Positions 56,601 through 64,000 of a DNA stretch of 64,000 bases are shown here, piece after piece. This DNA comes from Patescibacteria group bacterium (GTDB taxonomy: Bacteria > Patescibacteriota > Patescibacteriia > Patescibacteriales > UBA12075), in contig JAHILH010000003.1 in the NCBI GenBank assembly GCA_018897195.1, positions 431 to 64,430 on the forward strand, given 5' to 3'. Positions within the stretch are counted from its first letter, which is position 1. Each line of letters begins with the position of its first letter. The position numbers were made by a program, and so were the translations under genes. The notes under the pieces were generated by a model. The model was not told the DNA's origin. It did no database searches and saw nothing but the letters and a program-made list of their open reading frames with translations.

Positions 56601-58467
56601 TAATAATTCTACTGTTTGTGCTGGTCAGGGCGACACTTGTTCTGGTAATGTTTATGTTGATAATGTTGTCATTAAGCCAGCGCTAAAGACTAGAGTGGTT
56701 AACGGTTTTTATGACACTGTTGCTCCAACTTGCCGGCTTTATCCAGAAAGTGATTCATTATCATGTGAATATTACGAAGACTCTGGAATTAAGAAAAAAG
56801 GTCGCTATGGTTATTGCTTGGAGTATGATCGTTATCCAGGTAATCCCAATGCTTGTTTATTGTGGTATCCAGTTGACCGTATACGTGGTGATTGGGAGGA
56901 GGATGTGGTTGGATATAATGATCGCTATCCCTTGTATTATTGTACGCAATTCCACTCTCGAAATTTAGAGCTTGTTGAGAGAAGAGTTGATACTCGTTTT
57001 GGACACGCTGAGCCGGGAGATGATGAGTGTGCTGGCGCTTATTGCAATGGCGCTGGATGCAGTACTTGTAAATGTCCTAGCGGATATATATGGGAGGATG
57101 TGGAGGGTGATGGCGGTTGGGATGGTAATCCGAATGATGAATATTGTCACCCTAGTGGCACAGCTAGTGCTTGCGGGGGCGGGTATTACTTATATGATGG
57201 TGATTTGCAGAATTTTGGGGGAAATGCTGGTAGTTATGATGAGGCAAAAACTGGAGTCAAATTGTGTGACAGGGATACAGGGGAATTATTTGATCCTGGT
57301 CAGTTCTCTGATTTGTTTTATTGTACTAGTTTGGCCAAGGTTGTGACATTTAGTAATAATAAACATTGGAGTGGGCGAGTTTATAGTGGTTCTGATTATA
57401 AAATTCAAACACTTAATTATGGCTACAAGATGCCTCTTGGACCGTTTAGTGGCGTAGTGTCACCGTATCTAGCAGAAAATCCTGCCGGCTGGGATGCTAA
57501 GAAAAACACTGACACTAATACCAACGTAGAGCCATTGCCAATAAAAAATTTCAAGGATGATGCGCTATACTCAAAGGAAGTTAATTCTGGGGCATTGTAT
57601 AGTTGTGAGGGTAATTGCATTAAAAGCGGTCTGTGTCAAAAATCTCGAAAATTCTGCTATAATCTTCCAGTGCCGCCAACTCCGCCAAATGCGGTTAATC
57701 CAAATAATAATTTTGTGAATTATTTTGAATGTGCCGTTGGAGATGTTTGTGAAACTAGTTTTCCAGTTTTGAGCACGGGTGATAATCCTGTCGCTGCTTA
57801 TGACAAGATTAAAAGAGTTTTTGCGGAAAGTTATGGTACTTGGAAGTGGGGCGGTAATAAGTATGTAAAAACTAGCTATAACTGGTCTGTTCCTCGGAAT
57901 ATTTGTGGTGGTAGCACACCGACCAATGTTAGACCGGCTTATCCAGACGATTTTTGTGGTATTCCGCCAAGGGTTAGCAATCTTTTAATAAGGGGCGTTA
58001 TAAATGATGCTGTTCTTCGTAAAAATGGCCTAATTAACTTATCTTTTAATTCCATTCTTGATAGTCAACAAATGCCTCTAGTTATGTATACGGTAAATTG
58101 GGGTGATAATAATAGTGACACCGTTTCCGGCATTGAAATATTACCAAGGATGAGTACGAGTAGTCCGCATGTACTGTACTATTCTTATAGTTATTGGGAT
58201 CTAAAGGCCAAAAACTCCATCAACAATCTTCCATCTGGACAGAATACTGTTTATTGTGGTGCTCATGACACTAAAACTGCTTTAAACGCAAGTGGTGATG
58301 CGATTTCCATAACGGCAACCTCAACGTCTGATTTTTGCGCTGTTAAACCTAAAGTGAAATTAAAAGATAACTGGGGGTGGTGTACTGGAGGTGTTGATAA
58401 TACCCCTTGTTCTGATACTGGTGATTATGCTAATTATCCAGGCTGGGTTATTGTGACGGAGCAATAG
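50668..58467 (+). CDS. Giant (2599 aa) Cys-rich surface protein with repeated CBM-like beta-sandwich modules
   Basis: Uninterrupted ORF; N-terminal signal/TM; four xDF(E/S)-type module starts separated by Cys-rich segments. Confidence 0.85.
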   Translation: MTTENKKTIKKRFWQSFVLGFFVVFLLFGRGKNVAALFTGTDFAGGSVTDIASLGSADQAAFDQALGAGLIKVGDDGVVKTTLKGDMADAASWARTFAEQKTRDALSTLNAKTFWAAAQKSLNTIAYDTATWIGSGGKGQKPLFITEGWDKYLANIGDNFAGEYIEALSKKWDANLCNPSFDIKIKILGGLSGPYRKKAPACTFTTMKKNWESELARPDFLNRFQNMFEPNSNDLGIALSLQTNLMEASANKTRLAEERVKNKKGWLDVTDIAGNLTGLPTDQIVTYQLQKDGTTRAIAANTFTGTMVDAVNVFLNQLAATVFSNLLKSLTGAPATSPYTGDYGLVNVNAGGGSGGTEAVKEQFKKIIEPNFTVRGDYDILAELTICPDPTKAGPTNCVITDKFRQAIAGRMTVGEAMDQKYLNQDAIFGFRLDGLEPKYNEDYPYRSMIILRKFRILPVGWEVAAQYIKDPATGTGVRSLKDLVDCFSDNDARNGYSANWCKGLVDPDWVLKAPLGYCKKEGYGPEILSENITGEGSASKLSISRNNNYCADEQSCIKEKADGSCDVYGYCTEEKRKWNFGSNSCEPIYNTCQTFRSRQGNTVSYLQNGLDFNNCSADAVGCREYAMGVSASNGFYNVVDNSVKWSLSSASSTFNRIMSDCDVKGEGCHQFIRTEMSNGANIFGGFEDLFDATVDATAAFGDKSVKLTHDIATTVPAFKIDVDLKGYYYTFSVSAKNCGTNGVIGIGDSLTNYSSSTLETTDQWQRFAVSHYFNKENESNDGRVWIGVIGADYANCLIDGVKVEKSKNPTVFSEYAQVGVIYEKLLPNYLEYVCYDDPGLNYSLKSTAPAICNSFARKCNAEEVGCKMFTATTDKMTIPASVIPTDYCDASCNGYDEYLQSESAFDSRRSAYLIPTKTKTCGAEAVGCDQFTNLDKVGDSAQKEKVDQYGAEAVEYYSELKQCVKAGDVACAEFYTWEGSSETGFQLKVHQLKADSATDPAVSSDSLYNNKVCDSDTYGSLDNPMCFEFYNKTGKVSYKFLPYTIACSDDCHPYRRTAVNVDDSITTQAACGSVICTDEGADKKDSCWDALLSNCNVCLNGGKWSVAGQACIYDAIPGEGKTCAATQDGCREYNGNSGANVQIVLQSDFEGSASGWQGLDGTQAILDSESLKSGENSLMITNASGDTGISYDVSDVVKQGKSYHLAFLAKGKSNLVNKFTNIYFDSGVASSSLAVNAVIKTDWNLYELNLTSLDHEISVDEKLLIKANGDFFIDNIILTEITDRYYLIKGSSVIPDVCNSDIFGNYQGPEYNLGCAEYSSEGDNNKHYLRQFTNLCQESAIGCEMMIDTHNSSSAAEDNIAFVVYSKDKECTSEEKGCERMGEVSKYDSGVTDSVIENFYTDVYKLNNPDNVQGKCAADQVGCDEWIFDTASNNNGGASLSYFKDPFDMTCEWRQKASSTDFDWYRKKISRCGGVEDGHICKSDKDCSTELMDVKKTCTLFDKDISCYVSSQKTIGYGGYGNIVDQPSNYWVGACPTSQSTCTEYIDPISNFSSNVIYNSDFSQDVDGNRVADGWSENKEQSVSLEPNTLYTFSVKSGSGFTASVTARNLTLLNEGNLFAASGAISITVNDDAISKSFYSNNSNGAVVEVSSSDVASGNSVSLKKSVIDYQLSQSVNRDECNGSLNPSKGCVLFNERKKPGVSYSGLIYDADTSTTTLTSVAGQNDSNVLLKVSPDRTCDEWLACKSYVKDENNNNVCYGVGLCDSIGANNDCNNFIVPDSKNQQAISSNFSKYQNASGYSEVGVVNNTLKKDMLPLASMTQNGGMTVVPNGDFERSASKYPLGWSPSNDLAWTNNLFSVVDNPITAQTEGIKYAGKGKAFLKYSPAAGNMESDFIDVDPGENYYLSADINTLNFFSKGNVPLSFYIRIQTFSSAGVFINSFDPIVFANGKDWSQVVSNFWVNNNVHRIKIEFLGWVNNSTVCAGQGDTCSGNVYVDNVVIKPALKTRVVNGFYDTVAPTCRLYPESDSLSCEYYEDSGIKKKGRYGYCLEYDRYPGNPNACLLWYPVDRIRGDWEEDVVGYNDRYPLYYCTQFHSRNLELVERRVDTRFGHAEPGDDECAGAYCNGAGCSTCKCPSGYIWEDVEGDGGWDGNPNDEYCHPSGTASACGGGYYLYDGDLQNFGGNAGSYDEAKTGVKLCDRDTGELFDPGQFSDLFYCTSLAKVVTFSNNKHWSGRVYSGSDYKIQTLNYGYKMPLGPFSGVVSPYLAENPAGWDAKKNTDTNTNVEPLPIKNFKDDALYSKEVNSGALYSCEGNCIKSGLCQKSRKFCYNLPVPPTPPNAVNPNNNFVNYFECAVGDVCETSFPVLSTGDNPVAAYDKIKRVFAESYGTWKWGGNKYVKTSYNWSVPRNICGGSTPTNVRPAYPDDFCGIPPRVSNLLIRGVINDAVLRKNGLINLSFNSILDSQQMPLVMYTVNWGDNNSDTVSGIEILPRMSTSSPHVLYYSYSYWDLKAKNSINNLPSGQNTVYCGAHDTKTALNASGDAISITATSTSDFCAVKPKVKLKDNWGWCTGGVDNTPCSDTGDYANYPGWVIVTEQ

Positions 58468-58522
58468 TTCATACTCTCTTAAGCCGTAGATCTTTAAGCG
58501 CTTGTTGGCTTAATCTGTTTTT

Positions 58523-60112
58523 ATGATTTTCGATAAAATAAAAAAAACCATAAACATAATAGAGAATTCAGAATATTCCATCTTGTCTTATTTTTTTAGT
58601 TTTTTTGTGATTATAAATCTTAGGTGTTTTCTGGAGGTTTTTTCTAGTGCCTCGAGGATAGATTTTTTGCAGTATTCCCACTACGTATTGTTTTATTTTT
58701 CTATTGTTATATCCTTTGTTATTTTGTTTTATTTTGCATCCAGGGAGAAAATAGAAAAAATATTTAAAGTTGTTCTTTCTTTTTCGCCCGTTATCTTGAT
58801 CCCACCGTTAATTGATTTGTTGGTTTGTGGAGATAGGCATTGTACAATGACCTATTTGACTAATTCTGCTACCCATTCTAGTAATCTATTGGCTAGGTTT
58901 TTAACGCTTGGTGGTGAGTACCGCAGTATTGGGGGAATAACTCCAGGAATTAAGGTTGAGTTGATTGTCGTTCTGTTGGCAAGTTTTGTTTATTTCTTAC
59001 TTAAAAAGAGGGGGTATTTAAAAAGTGTTTTTTTTGCATTTATTACTTACGTTATTTTTTTTGCTTATTTCGCTACGCCAATATTTTTAAGTTTATTTCT
59101 TGAAATTTTTAATAAAAATATCAAGGATAATTTTAATTTTTATCTTGCTAACTACTTTATTATTATTATTTCGTTGCAACTCATTGTTGTTCTTTTTTTG
59201 TATAATAGAAAGATATTTAATGCGATAATAGGGGATATGCGCTGGTTGCGAATTTTATATTTTGAAGCGATGGTATGGATCGGCTTGTTTATTGCCAGGG
59301 GTGGTTTAGGGATAAAAGGCTACTATCTGAATACTACTAATGCCTCTGATTCGTTTGTCAATTTTCCTTTTCCGTATTTAACATTTGCGATAATTATGGT
59401 TTTCGCTTGGTTGTATTCAGTGATTGGCAATAACATAGAAGATTTCGAGATTGATAAAATTTCTAATCCAGATAGACCGCTGGTGAGCAAAAAGGTACCA
59501 GTGGATGTTTATAGACAAATTGGCAATATTTCCTTAATATTGGTATTATCATCCTCCGCTGTTGTAGGTTTTTCTGTTTTTTATTTCTTATTAATCTTTA
59601 TTGGTAATTATTTTATTTATTCAACACGTCCGTTTCGATTAAAGAGGGTGCCAATACTTTCTAAATTGGTAATATCCGTAAATTCGTTGTTGCTGATGCT
59701 TGTTGGTTATCTTTATGGCTTTAATGCCGTAAGTCAAAGCGCGTCTAGTATCATCAGGACTTTTCCAGGAGAAGTTGTTTTTTTTGTTTTGGTGTTAATG
59801 ACTCTTGCTATTAATTTTATCGATATAAAAGATTATGAGGGTGATAAAAAGGCTGGTATAAAAACATTGCCAGTTATTCTTGGTTTAAGGCGAGGCAAGA
59901 CTGTGATTGGAATGTTTTTTCTAGCCGTATATGTGTCTATTTATTTTATTTTCAGGATAAATATTTTATTATTTTTTTTCTTATTAATTATCGGAATGAT
60001 TCAATTTGTATTGATTAATCGGAAAAAATATACAGAAAGGCCAATTTTTTTATTTATTTTGTTAAGCATCTTGATTCTATTTTTTGGTAAATTATTCGCG
60101 GTGAGTATTTAA
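58523..60112 (+). CDS. UbiA-superfamily prenyltransferase with an extra N-terminal membrane domain
   Basis: Asp-rich motifs NNIEDFEIDKISNPDRPL and DIKDYEGDKKAGIKTLP; YSTRPFRLKR. Confidence 0.8.
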   Translation: MIFDKIKKTINIIENSEYSILSYFFSFFVIINLRCFLEVFSSASRIDFLQYSHYVLFYFSIVISFVILFYFASREKIEKIFKVVLSFSPVILIPPLIDLLVCGDRHCTMTYLTNSATHSSNLLARFLTLGGEYRSIGGITPGIKVELIVVLLASFVYFLLKKRGYLKSVFFAFITYVIFFAYFATPIFLSLFLEIFNKNIKDNFNFYLANYFIIIISLQLIVVLFLYNRKIFNAIIGDMRWLRILYFEAMVWIGLFIARGGLGIKGYYLNTTNASDSFVNFPFPYLTFAIIMVFAWLYSVIGNNIEDFEIDKISNPDRPLVSKKVPVDVYRQIGNISLILVLSSSAVVGFSVFYFLLIFIGNYFIYSTRPFRLKRVPILSKLVISVNSLLLMLVGYLYGFNAVSQSASSIIRTFPGEVVFFVLVLMTLAINFIDIKDYEGDKKAGIKTLPVILGLRRGKTVIGMFFLAVYVSIYFIFRINILLFFFLLIIGMIQFVLINRKKYTERPIFLFILLSILILFFGKLFAVSI

Positions 60113-60296
60113 CTAAATAGATTTTTTTAAAGAGATGAGTTAATGAATTAGACCATCTCTTTTATTTTGGGTTTTTGGCGAAATGTGATATAATAAAGGC
60201 AATTGTGTATAAGGTGGAAAAGGGGGTTTGTTCTGAAATAGTTCAATATGATCAGGCTATAATGCGTGATTATAAAATTTAAAGTTAGGTAAAAAT

Positions 60297-60893
60297 ATGT
60301 CAGAAGCCGTTTTAAACAATGTAGATCAAATGATGATGGCACGGAATAACCGGGTTGATGAGGGTGGCCGAGCGGGAGAGTTACGAGAGAGACAGATGAC
60401 GGCGCGAAGAGGGGTTGAGCCGACGGCGGCGGTTGAGGCGGGACGAGAACAGAGTTTGCGAGAGAGAGTGCAGGCAGCGCGGGCGATGAGCGCGAAGAAG
60501 AGTTTGAATAAGGCGATAAAAAGTAAGATAAAATCCCCAGCCATGGAGGGCACGAGCAGATTGTTGCGACAAGCCTGGTATTATCTGATTCCCAGCATGG
60601 GCTTTTCCTTGCTCTGGATCGATATCCACGTTTTAGGTTCTTTTGTTTTTGGCAAAGAAATTTTTTGCGAATTAGGCGAAGAGTGGCCGATTAAAATTGA
60701 TTCATACGCCGAATGGGCTTTATTTTTAGCCTTGAATTTGATGGCGATATTGATAATTGTATCAATCTTGGCTTTTTTGGGAATGATTGTAAATTTTATG
60801 ATGAACCCATTAGATAGTTTAGTTGAGTTTATAAAGCTTGGTTGGAGTGCTATTGGCGCATTGGCCAATTTATTCTTTGATGCTTGGAATTAG
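60297..60893 (+). CDS. Hypothetical membrane protein
   Basis: Charged N-terminus and hydrophobic C-terminal helices; operon-like spacing with the next gene. Confidence 0.7.
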   Translation: MSEAVLNNVDQMMMARNNRVDEGGRAGELRERQMTARRGVEPTAAVEAGREQSLRERVQAARAMSAKKSLNKAIKSKIKSPAMEGTSRLLRQAWYYLIPSMGFSLLWIDIHVLGSFVFGKEIFCELGEEWPIKIDSYAEWALFLALNLMAILIIVSILAFLGMIVNFMMNPLDSLVEFIKLGWSAIGALANLFFDAWN

Positions 60894-60908
60894 TGATTTT
60901 TTAGATTT

Positions 60909-63302
60909 ATGAAAATGTTTAAAAATAAAAAATTAATAACATCTCTACTGATTTTGTTTTTTTTGGTTGTGCCGATTAGTTTTGTTTCCGCGGATGCGGC
61001 AGAAATAGCGGGTAATGTTGGAACTGGGTTGTCAGAAGGTGTTGGCGCAGCCGTATCTGTTGTGATTGGAATAATTGCTCTTATTATAACGTCAGTATTG
61101 GGACTAATATCCACTCTGTTGATAAAAATAATTGTCAACGTTGCCCAGTTTAATAACATTATAAATGTGGAAGTAGTACGAGTTGGCTGGGTAATAGTGC
61201 GTGATCTTTGTAATATGTTTTTTGTTCTAATATTTTTAGTAATCGCGTTTGCAACAATTTTACGGGTTGAAAGCTACAATTTTAAAAAAATGTTGCCTAA
61301 ACTATTAATGTATGCTGTTTTAATAAATTTTTCTCGGACTATTTTTGGATTAATTATTGATGCCTCGACGATTGTGATGCTTACTTTTGTGAACGGGTTT
61401 GCAAATGCCCCAGGACAATTTGTTGATTTGATGAATATGTCAAAAATTGGACAAATATGGGATGCAACAAGTACCGGTGAAGGATTTAATACGTGGGCTA
61501 TAGCGGTCGGGATAATTGCTGGTGTATTTGCGTCGGTGATGACTGTGGTGGTTTTAGCAGTTATTCTAGCAGTATTAGCAATGAGAGTAGTAATGCTGTG
61601 GATATATACCGTTCTTTCTCCCTTGGCTTTTTTAGGTTTTGGCTTTGATCCTCTCAAAAAGTTTACTCAAGAAATTTGGGAAGACTTTATTAAAACGGTT
61701 ATTGTTGGACCGGTTTTAGCTTTTTTTATTTATTTAGCATTTAAGGTTAACGCTTCGGTTGATAGTCTTAATATAATGGCTGCTAAAAATGGTGATCAGG
61801 TTTGCGCCGGCGCAAACGCTTTATTTTGCGAAGGAAATTTTCAAAAATACATTATCGTAATCGCCATGCTGATGGGCGGCTTAAAGGTGTCACAGAAGAT
61901 TGGCGGTGAAGTATCTAAGATTGCCGGCAAGACGGAGAATTGGACAAAGGGGAAGATTAAATCGGCTGGTAATAAGTCCGGTGCGGCTGCATGGGGCGGT
62001 GTTAAGACTGGTGGTGGTATAGCGATGGGCGGTCTTAAAGCGGCGGATGCAACTTGGAATAAAGGTCGCGGAGCATCCGTGGTTGGTATGGTGCAGGATA
62101 GATACAAGTCCGCAGCTAAGGGCGCAGTGGCTGGTGGTGCCGTTGGCGCCATTGGTGGTTTTGGCGGCGCAGCTCTTGGTGGCCTGGTTGGAGGGGTTGC
62201 TGGGGCGTTTAGTAAAAATGCTGGTGATCATTTTGACAATAAGAGAAAATTGCGAGAGGCGCAGGGTAAAATCACTACAGATGCAAAGGGGACTTGGTTT
62301 TCTCAAAATGGAATTGATTACATGAAAGACACAAGGGATGGCAAATTTAAGCAAGCTGACAAGAAGGCTGGCGTTATTACAGATTCTGATGCGTTAAAAA
62401 TTGGTAAAATGGATTTAGAGGACACAACCGATAAGCAAAAAATGTTCTCCGCACATTATCGTTCAGCAACTAACAAGGGCAAGGCTTCAAGAGAGGTGGC
62501 AGAGAAGGAAGGCGTTGACAAAACAATGAAAAATTATAATGGTATATCACCGGAAGATTTAAAGAGATTGTTTGATACTGAGACAGACAGAGAGAAGGCA
62601 AAGGCGTTGGCGATGCTTTTGAAGGGTAAATTTAAAGATGGCGAGCATGCGCAAGTAAACAAGGCTAAAGATCTTTTGTCTGGCAATGAATTGATGAATA
62701 AGGATTTTTCTGAGGCGATGATGAAGAATAATGCATATTTGTATAATACAAGAGCTGATGGTAGTGTGGATACAAAATCAATTGAAAAAGCCTTTTCCGA
62801 GGGTAGGATTAAATTGGAGGAACAAGGCTTGTCAAATTTGAATGCTGATTCCATGAAGACATTTGCGAAGATTCTTGGTGATAAATTTGAAGCAGCAGCT
62901 GGTAAGATGGTAAAAAATACAGCCGATGCTGATAAATTTAAAAAGATTTTTGAAGATGGAGTTGCTGGTGGCAAAATAAAAGATTTCAAAGATGACGACC
63001 TGGCTATTAGAAGGGCATTCTCTAAGGTTACGGGCGATCTTCATACTGGATTCCAAGATACTAGCGGCGCTGGTCTAGGTGTTGGTGAGTTGAATAATTT
63101 TGTAAAAGACATGAGCGTTAAAGATTTTGGCAAGGTTAGCGATGAGGCTTTGTGGAATCAAGGAGTCCAGGATGCCATCCGTGGTGTTTCTGCTGAGATG
63201 ATAAAGAAAGTTTCCAAGAGCAATGATTTAACTGATAGACGAATTAAGAATGTTGAAAATATTGCTGGTCAAGCCAAAGGAGTTTTAACAGTTATTACGT
63301 AA
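60909..63302 (+). CDS. VirB6/TrbL-like polytopic membrane protein with a Gly-rich linker and charged helical tail
   Basis: GW.IVRDLCNMFF, LINFS and R...LW...LSPLAF patterns typical of CPR VirB6-like proteins; G/A-rich segment. Confidence 0.6.
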   Translation: MKMFKNKKLITSLLILFFLVVPISFVSADAAEIAGNVGTGLSEGVGAAVSVVIGIIALIITSVLGLISTLLIKIIVNVAQFNNIINVEVVRVGWVIVRDLCNMFFVLIFLVIAFATILRVESYNFKKMLPKLLMYAVLINFSRTIFGLIIDASTIVMLTFVNGFANAPGQFVDLMNMSKIGQIWDATSTGEGFNTWAIAVGIIAGVFASVMTVVVLAVILAVLAMRVVMLWIYTVLSPLAFLGFGFDPLKKFTQEIWEDFIKTVIVGPVLAFFIYLAFKVNASVDSLNIMAAKNGDQVCAGANALFCEGNFQKYIIVIAMLMGGLKVSQKIGGEVSKIAGKTENWTKGKIKSAGNKSGAAAWGGVKTGGGIAMGGLKAADATWNKGRGASVVGMVQDRYKSAAKGAVAGGAVGAIGGFGGAALGGLVGGVAGAFSKNAGDHFDNKRKLREAQGKITTDAKGTWFSQNGIDYMKDTRDGKFKQADKKAGVITDSDALKIGKMDLEDTTDKQKMFSAHYRSATNKGKASREVAEKEGVDKTMKNYNGISPEDLKRLFDTETDREKAKALAMLLKGKFKDGEHAQVNKAKDLLSGNELMNKDFSEAMMKNNAYLYNTRADGSVDTKSIEKAFSEGRIKLEEQGLSNLNADSMKTFAKILGDKFEAAAGKMVKNTADADKFKKIFEDGVAGGKIKDFKDDDLAIRRAFSKVTGDLHTGFQDTSGAGLGVGELNNFVKDMSVKDFGKVSDEALWNQGVQDAIRGVSAEMIKKVSKSNDLTDRRIKNVENIAGQAKGVLTVIT

Positions 63303-63313
63303 AGAAATAAATA

Positions 63314-64000
63314 ATGCTAGAAGATATTAACAAACAAGAAGAAATAAAAACGGCAATCGAGAATTTTTCTGGGTATATGCTTGGTTTTTTGGATATATAT
63401 TCAGAGGATGCACGGGTTGTATTGGAGGATTATAATGACCTGCTTATTTTAATGTTGACTCAAGAGCAAGGACTAAAGAAGTCTCTAGAACAAGCTCTTT
63501 TAATTAATCAAGAAAAAATTGCCCATTTGGCTGTTATCGATTGGCTCAAGGATTTTATTTCTCAAAAAGGATCAGCTATGTTTAATGATATAATCTTGAC
63601 CGATTATATAGCGCACTCAGTTAATTGTCAGAAATTAAATGACGAAAATCGACGCTTAGTGCGAAAACTTTTGATTCTTTATCGTAATTTAAAGTTCTTT
63701 CCAGCAAGCATGCCCAATGACTCTGGGGCGGATTGGGAAATTATTCCAATCGATGACAAGGTGCGTGAGTTTAGTCGTGATGCGCTTAGTGCGCCAAAGA
63801 CGGCGGAGGAGAAGAATATTGATGTTTTACAGGCGCAGAGTGATGAGTATGGCGCTGATAGCTTGGAGAAGAAAGTGATTGAGGAGGAGATTAGCAATGA
63901 AAAGAAAATCGAGGGGCTTAGGATTATGGCGAATCGCTATCCAGAAGGAAGTTTGGAGTGGCGGGCACTCATGGATGAGGTTAAGAAAATGCAAGTTTAA
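63314..64000 (+). CDS. Hypothetical protein
   Basis: Complete ORF ending in TAA at the window end; duplicated C-terminal Y...SLE.....EE/DE motif. Confidence 0.7.
   Translation: MLEDINKQEEIKTAIENFSGYMLGFLDIYSEDARVVLEDYNDLLILMLTQEQGLKKSLEQALLINQEKIAHLAVIDWLKDFISQKGSAMFNDIILTDYIAHSVNCQKLNDENRRLVRKLLILYRNLKFFPASMPNDSGADWEIIPIDDKVREFSRDALSAPKTAEEKNIDVLQAQSDEYGADSLEKKVIEEEISNEKKIEGLRIMANRYPEGSLEWRALMDEVKKMQV

Noticed and set aside
1..64000. UGA recoding (code 25) as in Gracilibacteria/SR1
   Set aside because: Conserved genes are intact under code 11, and TGA acts as a stop (for example the genes ending at 6368 and 50633).
1..64000. tRNA, rRNA, prophage or transposase genes
   Set aside because: None was recognised by eye in the intergenic gaps or the ORF set; tRNAscan was not run.

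Overview
AT-rich bacterial chromosome segment using genetic code 11, most likely from a Patescibacteria (CPR) organism. This is inferred from the missing rpmD/uL30 between rpsE and rplO, a VirB2-like pilin, a VirB6-like gene, CPR-type repeat-domain surface proteins and mostly SD-less starts. 1-22 kb is an accessory/housekeeping mix: MgtA-type P-ATPase, xth, a glycan module (GH100-like hydrolase, GT4-hydrolase fusion, two GH130), an ABC exporter, an MFS protein, a flavodoxin, an aminotransferase-MurF-like fusion, a UvrD with an inserted DEDDh exonuclease, rpmB (missed by the ORF track) and an M50 protease. 22.3-39.2 kb is the str/S10/spc cluster through secY. It is followed by an ABC/MacB-like pair, aspS, leuS, rsmA, a 2599-aa Cys-rich surface protein, a UbiA-family protein and a VirB6-like locus. 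The most notable non-coding signals are: (1) a 47-48 nt two-hairpin motif with compensatory changes, present five times and only upstream of tuf, rpsS, rpsC, rplP and secY; (2) a terminator-type T-box before aspS with an ultra-short Stem I and an apparent AAC (Asn) specifier; (3) a structured leader with a terminator before rplC; (4) several REP-like palindrome families, including an inverted pair that brackets two divergent, apparently leaderless genes. All RNA structures were paired by eye, not computed. No CRISPR array, tRNA, rRNA or transposase was recognised.
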